DNA of 64,000 nucleotides, taken from Asterias rubens (Eukaryota). Numbering within the stretch: the first letter of the stretch is position 1; each line of letters opens with the position of its first letter. A model generated the notes under the pieces. The model saw only the letters and a list, made by a program, of their open reading frames with translations, ran no database searches and was not told the origin of the DNA. The position numbers and the translations under genes were made by a program. Of this stretch, positions 38,413 to 48,700 are shown one piece after another. The DNA is taken from NCBI RefSeq assembly GCF_902459465.1, contig NC_047070.1:16616001-16680000 (forward strand), read 5' to 3'.

Positions 38413-39992
38413 ATGGCGTGGGAAATGTCTTTAGAGGCGTACCAGGCTGCCTTAATTCTAGCTGGCTGTGGGGATGCTTTGGGTTCAGGTAGCAAAGCAA
38501 CCCTCAAAGAGATTGGTGTAGTAGAAAACATTGATGTCAAACCAGCACATTGGCCAGTCAGCCAGAACACCGTGTTGCATCTGGTGACCGCCGAGGCTCT
38601 GGCCACCGGTCACCATGCTGAAAGTTTATGGCCGGAGTTTGCAACTCGTTACGTGGACTGCATGTCAGCTTCCATGATGTCCAACCGGAGACCGAGTACC
38701 AGTATACTTCGGGCCACTGCTCGCCTGAGACCGTCCGAGACACAGGGATGGGAGTTGCCCTTCGACGGGTCCCGGACGGCCATTGAAGCCTATCCCACCG
38801 CCCGTTCAATGTGCATTGGACTTCGGTACCACAAACCCAGCCAACTTGGCTCTCTCGTAGCAACAGCTGTCGAAAGCGCTCGGATGACACACCACCATCC
38901 AACTGCCTATCTCGGGGCCGTGACATCGGCACTTTTCACGGCGTACGCGGTCCAAGGAAGGGAGGTTCGCGAATGGGGAGCCGGACTTCTCCAAGTGATC
39001 CCAGAGGTGCTGGGATACATCATCTCCACCGGAAGAGATGTTGATGACAATCAAAGAGAATGGTGCTATTTTGGGGACACGTGGAGGGAGTACGTCGCCA
39101 TGCGGGGTATCTTAGATGGCGAGAGCAGGCCAAAGTTCCCCCGGAGGTATGGAGCAGAGAGACGGCGTGAGGTGTATCAGCGATTTGCGGCAGATAACAT
39201 GGTTCCCGGAAGATGTGGACACGATGCACCCCTCATTGCGTAAGGAAAACTCTGATTTTTGGCGTAATATTTCTTTATCCATTCGTTATTTTATCTTTCC
39301 TTTCTAATGATCCAAAATACAAAATTACAGGTAAGCTGTAGGCAAGTGTGCTTACAACAAGCCCCCTCCTTCCCATTATTATGTCAAACAGTGTACATGT
39401 ACAACCTTCTTCTGATATAGCGCCCTCTTTGAACCATCCTCCCACAGCCCATAGTAGTTTCTTATTTGCGGGGACAATCTCCAGCGGACAGGTTTCACTG
39501 GGAGACCGCCCCGAGTGGCCGCATCTTCAAGATATATCAACTTGCATGATACCCGTAATAGTTCACTAATGACTTATGGTTTGTATTTTATTTTGTTGGT
39601 ATACCAACGTTTTAAAACTTTGCAGTTTTTGAATTTCACAAGAAATTACCCTACTAGAGGTCGAAACGTCAGGCAATTAATAATGTATGCATTTATACCA
39701 TAGGTCCCTTTTGTTTGTTAGCAGTTTGCAACGAGTATTTTATCAAAATTTACTACGGATACATTTTTATATTTTCAGCTACGATGCTTTACTGTCCTCA
39801 GAGTCCTGGGAGGACCTTTGCAACGGAGCCATGTTCCACGGCGGTGACGGTAGCTCAAGCGGGTCCATTGCGGCAAGCTGGTGGGGGCTCATACACGGTC
39901 TGATCGGCGTCCCTGACCGGCATCACACTCAGGTCGAGTTCAGAGACAGACTTCTCGATGTTGGAACTAAACTTTATGCAATGAGCTTCTAA
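38413..39992 (+). CDS. ADP-ribosylhydrolase family protein (ARH1/ADPRH-ARH2/ADPRHL1-like), 346 aa, 2 exons, probably catalytically inactive
   Basis: Exon 1 is 38413-39239, the intron is 39240-39778 (GTAAGG...TTTTCAG), exon 2 is 39779-39992; 1041 nt in total. Family motifs: AAxxLxxxGDALG, WPVSxxTVLHLVTAEAL, ARSMCIGLRY, THHHPTAYLGA, GHDAPLIAYDALL, FHGGD, WWG. The catalytic SDDT reads SQNT and DSDS reads DGSS. Confidence 0.9.
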
Positions 39993-41252
39993 TGTTATGC
40001 AAGTAACCGCAATTGTGTGCTTCCAGGTGCCTACAAAGACTTCAGGCCTGAGGTTTTTTATATCAGATTAAAATTAGTTTTTTTTTACCAAGTTTCTTCA
40101 GAGAGAGCCGTTTCTCACATTGTGTTATAAACAGGTCTTTTTTTGCTAGTAGATATTTTTTTAGTACCAACCATATTTGTCTATTGCCTTTGAATTAGTT
40201 TCCCATGGCTCTTCGCATAGCAACACGCACAATATCCGCGCCACCCTGCCGCCATTTTGGGACTCCGAAATGTACACAAAGAATATTTAGTCCCGAAATA
40301 GTGGAAATAGTCGACGTGCATTGGGTGTTGCCGTATGCTTTGGCACAATCTCTGTTTAAAATTAGAAGGGTAGGGACATATCAACAGAGAATATGTATTG
40401 GAAACTATCTTTACTGTTATTTGTAATCTTTAACTTTCCAAATTGCACAAACCATGCATCTTTGAATTTAGTTTTATGACAACAAAGTGGTAGCTATATA
40501 TTGACGCAAATTTCGTCGGCTTTACTCCTTCCAAAAATGTGTACATAATACGGTTTCAGCAACTTCAGTGTAAGTGTTATATTCATTATTAAAACTTTGA
40601 GTGTGTGCTTATAAACGATGACAATTCTTTTTAAAAGGATAATTTTATTTCAGTTTATAATATTGTTGTAGTAGGCCTACACATAAAATATTGTGACAAT
40701 CGTTGTTGTTTTGTCTGTGCACCATGTTATGCTTAAAAAAAGGAGTGGCATGACGTCCATTTAATTTTTGTAATTCGCCAATAAATCACCGTTTATAAAT
40801 AATACAATTATTTTGTTTTTCTGTATGCAAAGAGAGTAGGTGTATGGAACACTTGTTGTATGTGTGTGTTGTTGGGCCAAAAGCACTAGCCATCCCCAAG
40901 CCTTTGCCCTGCCCCTCCCCTTTTAAATCACCGTTTTTTAAACCTTAGTCAACCGATCTATGATATTTTCTAAAGAATGTAATTGTCTTGGACAATATCT
41001 ATTATAATATATACTTTTTAAATGACTTATTAATTGAGCAATATACATTGTGTCAAACATTGTTTAAATTTCGACATGAAACAATAAATTAACGTGCAAA
41101 TGAGAAAACAAACTTTCATTTGATCTTGTTTAGACATAAATCCACGGGAAAATGTATAGATAGTTATTTTATAGCAACGAAAGTTGTCGCTGTATTATAA
41201 CGACAAGACTCCTTTTGTATAGTTACGTAAATTGGAACAGAAACCTCGAAAT

Positions 41253-42992
41253 TCATTTCCGTTCCTGTTCAGGACGGCTTATATTCCTGTGTCTCGAATG
41301 CATCGCCATAACGACGGTAACCGTGACAACATAAACAACGATTTCAAATATGGCCAGCACAACTAGAACTTGCCAGTTGTTGAATACAGTCCAGTGGATC
41401 CCATAGCTGAGAGCCTTACTGCTTGTCGGTTTGGTGCTTCTCTCTAACCGGCTGGTCCGCTCGTCCACACCGGTATTATCTGAGATAGTTCTTGGGAGGG
41501 TGGCAGTACTCTGGTCATCGTCTGGCAGGTTGCTTTTTCTGGTCTCGTTTATAGTAGTGGATTTTGCGTCACCGACTTCGACTTTCTCTTTGTTAAGAGG
41601 TGTCTTTTGATTTGGAAAAAAAAATAACAATGTTCTAAATAATAGTCTTCAAAGAACACATCAGGAAAGGCGTCGGAGATTGCATGCAACGCCATTGCAT
41701 TCAACGGATTCACAATAATCTATAACGCATGCAGATTGTGCATCCATAGGACACTATAATAAGTTATGAATCAGTAAATAAAAAAAAACCGAGAGAAAAC
41801 TGTCCCCATAGGCTCCAATTTGTTAATTTAGATTTTGCGGAAATCACAAACAAAACACAAACCACTCGAGGTGTTTACTCGAAAACCCGACCACTCGATT
41901 TAATTAAATTTGTTTTCCTCTATCTTGAAAAATAAAAGTGATAATTAACTCAAACTGTTTATTTGTCGTGCATTTTATAAACCAATTTCACTACAAAGTA
42001 ATTAAATATGTATCATACAAAATCATAACGAAATGACGGAGCTTTTACTAAAAATAACCAGCAAGATATCATAATAAAATGAACGCCTCCATGTGAATGT
42101 TAAAAACATTTTTACGACCATAAAAAACATAACTATACTATAATGTGGTTACACTGCACATTTGGTTCCATATACGTTTTCATTTATTATTTTCATAAAG
42201 GCCTTTTTTTGACAGCCTTACCTTTCCAGCTGTCGGATCTGAGTTTTCCAAGGTATAACTCAGTTGTCGTGTCACGTCTGTCTGCAATGGCGTTTTGGTA
42301 GTTGATGCATCTGTGATGTAAACAAATTGTCATTATTAACTCTAATGTAGAATCGTGTAAAAAGGGGTTGGGGTGTGGGTTGGAATAAGAGAATTGATAA
42401 TAAGATTCGCCGTGGCTATAGTACACGAAATATCAAACTACGTTCACACATACATGAATTTGACAACACGTACAAATCTATTTTGAGAGCAGTGGTGGCT
42501 ATGAGAAGAGCCTGTCTGTACTCCTCGACACTATGACCGAAACGAGGAGTACAAACCGGCCCTTCTCCAGAGCCACCTCTAATCACATAAGAGATTTTCA
42601 GGGTGTCATCGCAAACCTACTTGCCTTAATCGTGTCACATTCACACATTCTCAAATATGCATCCCTGTAGAGATATCTTTTGTTCTTTCCATTGTCCCTG
42701 TACTTAAGATTTTCATATAGACTTCGTACACAAAATTTCTTGTGGAGCACTCGGTCTTTATATTTTCCCTATGGAGTCCTTTTATTTTCCCGTTTTTGTT
42801 TTGTCCTTGGTCCAGTCTCCCTAGGTACCCAACATGAGAGCATTTTACACAGGGGCCTGCCCTACACAAATATACATTTATTACCAAGCTTAAATTTTAC
42901 TCACTCGTTATTCCAGTGTTTTGAATCAACACGAAACTACCTGCCGTCACAAGCCAGAAGAGACATGAGATTTTACATTCCACCCCGTGCAT
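41253..42992 (-). CDS. Putative small single-pass type I membrane protein (about 163 aa): signal-like N-terminus, Ser/Thr-rich stalk, TM helix, short basic tail
   Basis: Exons 42992-42941 (MHGVECKISCLFWLVTA, phase 1), 42310-42222 (DASTTKTPLQ...DPTAGK, phase 0) and 41603-41253 (TPLNKEK...WQVLVVLAIFEIVVYVVTVTVVMAM-HSRHRNISRPEQERK*). Splice sites are canonical and in frame. No family recognised. Confidence 0.5.
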
Positions 42993-45764
42993 CGTGCTGG
43001 CTTCAGTCACTCTATGGGTCCATCATAAAGGGAGGAATGTTTATCTCGAAGGGAGGAATGTTTCTCCAATTTTTTTTTCTAAAAAAAAACAAATTTGATC
43101 GTATTTACTCGTCGCAACACGTCAATGAACGGCAGCTATGCTGACTGAAGCGCGGGAACGACTGGTGCAGGTCTTCTTCGACCCAGTTTGTGCATGGCTC
43201 TGCAAGAATGCATTGTTCAAAATTAATCAGCCGTCAAATCTTAAATAAGGTAGAAGGAATAACGTCTCAGGACAAAACCATTAAACAAAAACATTAAACC
43301 TTTGGGTTAGGAAAAACAACATTGTGGGGATGTTTTTTCTGTGGTGCTGGCAAAAAAATTCTGAACGGCGTTTTTCGGTGACCGTGTTGTTAAAGTTAAA
43401 GCTTATTGTCACAGCTTTTAATAAAGCACACACAATCACACTTCTTACTTTAAAGAACAAGGAAAGGCTATCCAAAATACACAGTGCCTGCACTATCAGT
43501 TCCACTAATTAACCAGTTTGAAATTTCACTTGGAACAATGTCCCTTTGATGATGGCACAGCGCTTTCTCAATGGCGTAGGCCTACAAGCTGGTAAAATTC
43601 GTGAAATTCCATTTCGTAAAATCTGCAATGGCTATCATATACATGTTATCATACAACGTGTGTCAAACTCACCATTGCTTCTTATGATGCAGTCCTTAAT
43701 TCCCCCCTGCTTATTCACCAAGGCAATGACGCTTCCTGAATACAAAAAACACTGTGCGAGCAGTGGCGTGACAAATTCCACTAATGGACACATTTCAAAG
43801 ACAAAATTTCTCCCCAAACAAAATGGCTGTGGCGACTGGCTGATTTTCACCTTGAGCACAACGTATATCATTAAGTTCTTAATGGGATTTTGAGAAGCGA
43901 TTGATGCGTAGTTACTGCAACTGAAGTGGTCTGGATATAGACACGGAGGTTGTGACAACAGGTTGTTGGAGGGTAGTCTTTGTACATGGCGGTGTTTTAT
44001 ATCCGCTAATGGTTCTGCCCCAAACAGTCTAGGAATTGCGTCGTTTTAAAGGTGATTCAGAGATTGACTGTATCAAAGTGATGCAAATTTATAGGCAAAT
44101 TTATAGAAAGATACGGAAAAGGTATGTAAGGCAAGGTTTTAGTTTAATAAACAGTGCCTAATAACTGGGGGGGGGGGGGGGGGGGCTCGCCATTCACAAT
44201 AAAGTTTTTGTAAAATGCGCGCGAGACTGCATTCATTTGGGTACGTTGATTTGAATCATCTTATTATGATTAAGGCCAATTATAAGACGACATAGCCGTC
44301 TGATAATATTTTCGAAGCTGCGAATAATGAAGTGGGGTTGTTCTATACTTACAATATTAAGGATTGCGTGTACTCTGAAATTTATGCTGGGTCGATTCGA
44401 GTAATGATAAGAGTGTACAGAAAATTTCATTGTTACGTGAACCAAGACTAATTTCTTAGAAATGGATGAAAGGAAGATATTTCCTCATAATTGCGCAGTA
44501 TACTTCGCCAGCGTGTCAATGCCATTCCAGCTCGTGAAATAAAACTCATTATAGACCTAATGAGAATAGTAAGGCAAACACAATTTAAATTCAAGTGTTA
44601 AGCAGCTATGGTGCAGTTAAAACCCGTTGCATTATAAAATGGTTGTACCACGGTGGATTGAGCGATCTATTCGCAATGCTCGAACACACCAGTACGCGAG
44701 TATTTGACGAGTTTGTGATCAATTCACAAAGCCTGTAAGAACAAAAGCCCTCTCAGACAAGGAAAATCTTGCTTAGCAAAAGCAGGTTAGCAGCCAACAT
44801 TCCATAAAGTTTACATTGTTGCGACTGCTGCCCCTACTCTTCATATATATCCGTTAAACAGCTTTATGAAATTGGGCCCTGAATATACAACAGGGACTAA
44901 CAAAATGAGCCAGAAACGCAGCTACATTATTATTTCTAACTATTTTGTTGTATTAGTGTTTTTATTATAACAAATGCACAGTGGTAAAACACTACCCGGG
45001 TATTTTGTTATATTTTCATAACGCACTAATACAAAGAACAAGGCCTATAAACATTTGACTTAAAAGCGACTATTAAAACGAATGATTCAATATAAGAAGT
45101 ACAGGTTCTAATCAAAATGCTCCACAGTAATAAAGTTGCATGGTCCGATTTCGCCGAAATACATTTTTCTAAGCAATTGTTTACCTTTGCGAAAATTTGG
45201 ACACCCCTCAAAAATCTAGGGCTGGGTGAACGATTATGACTGAATCTTTTTTTTCAGTTTCAAACGTTTTCGTTTTTTTTTACAGATTTCGTAGAATTCT
45301 TACTACAATTGCCATTTTGCATGCTTTTAAAGAAGGGAAAAAAAAAAAAAAAAAAAACAATGGCATGGTCATTACTAAAGTTTGACAATACCTTTAAACG
45401 ACAGCTTATAATTTTCTTGAATCTATGATCTCTCGAAATTTAAATAATTTGAATCGAAATCAGCCAAAAATCGGACCTGGCATCTTTAATATTATAAGAT
45501 TGTCATACATGATACTTCTTAAACAGTAACACTTTTGTGAGTGCATAATAATAACATAGCACATTCTGCAGAAAAAAACACACACAAAAACACATATTCA
45601 ATTTCGAGGTCTTTGGTACGTATGTGCGTATGAATCACTTCAAACTAAGGTCTTGTGCGCATGACGTCATCGACGTGACAAGTGAACAATGGAGGGTCCA
45701 CGATCGGCGGCCATTTACCATTATGTTGTGTCCGTGTCTATAATGTTCTGATGTGATTATACTA

Positions 45765-48700
45765 TTAGGTGGGCCTCTTCTTCGTTGAGATGAAGATGGT
45801 TACGAAGTCGCCCTTTTCCAAGGATCCTGGAGAAACAACAATTTTAAAACGCATTTGTTATCTTGAACTGTACAGCATTTTTTTTCTTCTTCCGTAATTC
45901 ATAATATACAAGGCGATAGACTTAACAAAACAGACTAAACCAAGTTATACACAAGTTGAGTCCCAAATTGAACAATATGTATGAATGGGGTGGTGTCATC
46001 CGAGAGAAGGAAAATGCCTATTTGTAATGGAGCACCCAAGACTATTGTCAAATTAATAATAAGTAGATACTAGCAATTAAGAGCAGTAAATAGCATGTAT
46101 TAAAATACTACTTAGGACCCTACCTGAACTCCAGGGTTCAGCAATGGTAGTGTTGGAGAATAGGATCTGTGGAGTTCTCTTGAATGAACAAAGGAACCCA
46201 CTATCAGCGATGATCATCAGCCACCCCTCGCTTCCACCTACACACGGACTCAACTTCTTATTGATGAGCCAACGTCTTGTTCCAAGGGCTTCGGGCGTGT
46301 ATTGCCTGCATCAACAAAGAGGGTAGTCGTGTTGTAACGAGAGGCCATGTACATACACTGAGAAGAATCAATGTGTTTAATAACTTGACGTTTCGATCAG
46401 TGTGCCCTGGTCGTCTTCAGGAGAATATACTAGACTCTTTTGTTGTATGCTGCTTAAGCACATGCCCAGGGTTCAAATCGCATTGGGCTAAGAATAAATC
46501 AAACATTGTCGGTGTATGGGTAAAAAACCAAAATTAATATTCTTTATCCCCGATGCAAATTTAACATCTATTATATCATTGCGGTACCCGCTGCCAAAAC
46601 ATAGGATTCGAACTGCCTCTAGCTGCCGGGCAATCTCGGTAGTCTAGTTGGTAAGACACTGCTCTAGAATTGCAAGGGTCGTGGGTTCGAATCCCACCCG
46701 AGTAACATGCCTGTGATATTTTTTCACAGGACTCGGGAAAGTACTGAGTATACAGTGCTAACACACATCGGTGTATGGGTAAAAAAAAAAAAAAATTAAT
46801 AAACATTGTCAACTTATACTTAAATCAGGACAGGTCTTTTCAGAAATAAGAAGACCCACGTATTCCGAAAATATCTCTACGAGTAGTAAAACAAAAGCAA
46901 GACAGCTTCTCAAAAAAAAGAGCATAATCTATACAATATGGCAACACGAGGTGTTACAAAAAACCTATACCTCACCATGCAATGCCTCATATCCCATATC
47001 CAACTTCTACTTACCCTTCAATTGAGAAGACGTTGCACTCTGACTCTTTAGTCAGATCACTCCAGGGTGAGAAGATGAGATTCTCTTGGGAGAACCAGCT
47101 GAGGCTGTCCGTGCCCTCCCCATCGAAGATGAGGCAAATCGTCTCCATCTCATCCTTGTATACAGACAGCTTTACCTGATGGGCAATAATTTAACAAAAA
47201 AAATCATTATTTGGGGGGTTGAACAAAGAATTTACTAGAAGTAAGGAAAACAACTGACATTGTTAGATTCCATAGACCGGCACAGGCTGTCAGCAAAACA
47301 TCTTGAAGCCTACTAGTCCAGGCTGTGTCGTATGCCCAAGAACCGCGTCGTCCATGCAGGGTCGAGGGGGACAGAGCTCCGCTGGCCCCCAAGAGCAGAA
47401 CATAGTACTTTATGTTTGCCCAAGTGGGCCTATATGAGTGAGAAAAATCAGCTCCTCAAAAGAAACCCCGCACACGAACACAATAATGGGACCTGACTCC
47501 CACTACCCTTCTTAGATAATTTGGAATAGTCCATTCTAGAACATCAAGGACTTTGGCTCAACCAGAGCAGTGCACGTTGGAGAAAACAGTGAAATAAATA
47601 ACAAGTGACATGACGAGGGTCGCCAGCCCTGAATTAAGGTTTTTAACTAGTGAACTCCTTCAAAAAAATAAGGGAACCCGGTATCAATATTTTGATAGTT
47701 CTCCATCTTTGTCCACGAGTGCACTGCCCTGAGTGCATATGATTAGTGATCAATATTCATATATTCACCTTATCAATATTCAGTTCTTCCCACAACCTAA
47801 CGTGACCAGTCTTGTAGTTCCCTGGAAAGGATTTATCAAGCTTACGCGCGGGTGGGATGTCAGTGTTCAGCGAGAATTGTTGCCGCCATAATTGTTTGTT
47901 GTTTGAAAGAGCTTGGAATCCGTCCGTGAGCTTGAACACCATCTCCCAATTGTCAGACTCTGTGCGAAAAAATCATATCAAATATAAATACATATGGTTT
48001 TCCATTCATTTTCAGGCAAACAAACATGTTTAATAAAAACACATTCAATTTCACACATTCTTTGCGACTTTATGAATTTGAATAACTCATTTTGACAATT
48101 CAATGCCGATGCGACGGAGTATTCATTTTCGAACGAAGGTCATGGAGCCGGAGTTTAAACTTGAACGAATATTTGTTGAAAATTGGCCTTGAAACATATA
48201 TTAGGTCTACATCAATTTTGTTACCAAATACACATACAATTTAATGTTAAGCTAAGGTTTACTCGTGTAAAGGTGATGGTCTGGCAATAATAAACACTCA
48301 AACGCCATGATTTACATTACTGTCAAGGTTAAAGTTATTTTGAAAATTAACGAAAAGTGTGATGTTTCTTTTTACAGTCTAAAACAGACTACGCCTAAGT
48401 GGTTTTGGTGCGCATGCAATTTGCATAAGTATTTTCAAGGAAAAGGGTCTGTTTTTAAGGAACCGGACCTGTACAATATCCGTAGTATTTATGTTCGTCC
48501 TCTCCCTCCGATGGCACCTGGTTGAGGGCGTAAACAATGTAATCTCCACAGTGCAGTGCTCCCAAGGCAAGTCTGATGTTACAACATCCATCTTCCTCTG
48601 ATCCAGAAAGAAGAAAATAAACAAAAATAAACGAGGACTCATTAAAGTAGAAGTGTGGCAGGACATTCTGTTCCCCGGGGATTCTGTCGTCCGCACGGCG

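Noticed and set aside
38558-39307. Overlapping ORFs on both strands within the ARH-like exon 1
   Set aside because: Alternative-frame by-products of a GC-rich coding exon.
42490-42620. Possible exon (VCDDTLKISYVIRGG...) between exons of the small membrane protein gene
   Set aside because: Its open frame starts in phase 0, while the upstream donor is phase 1; the compatible frame hits a stop.
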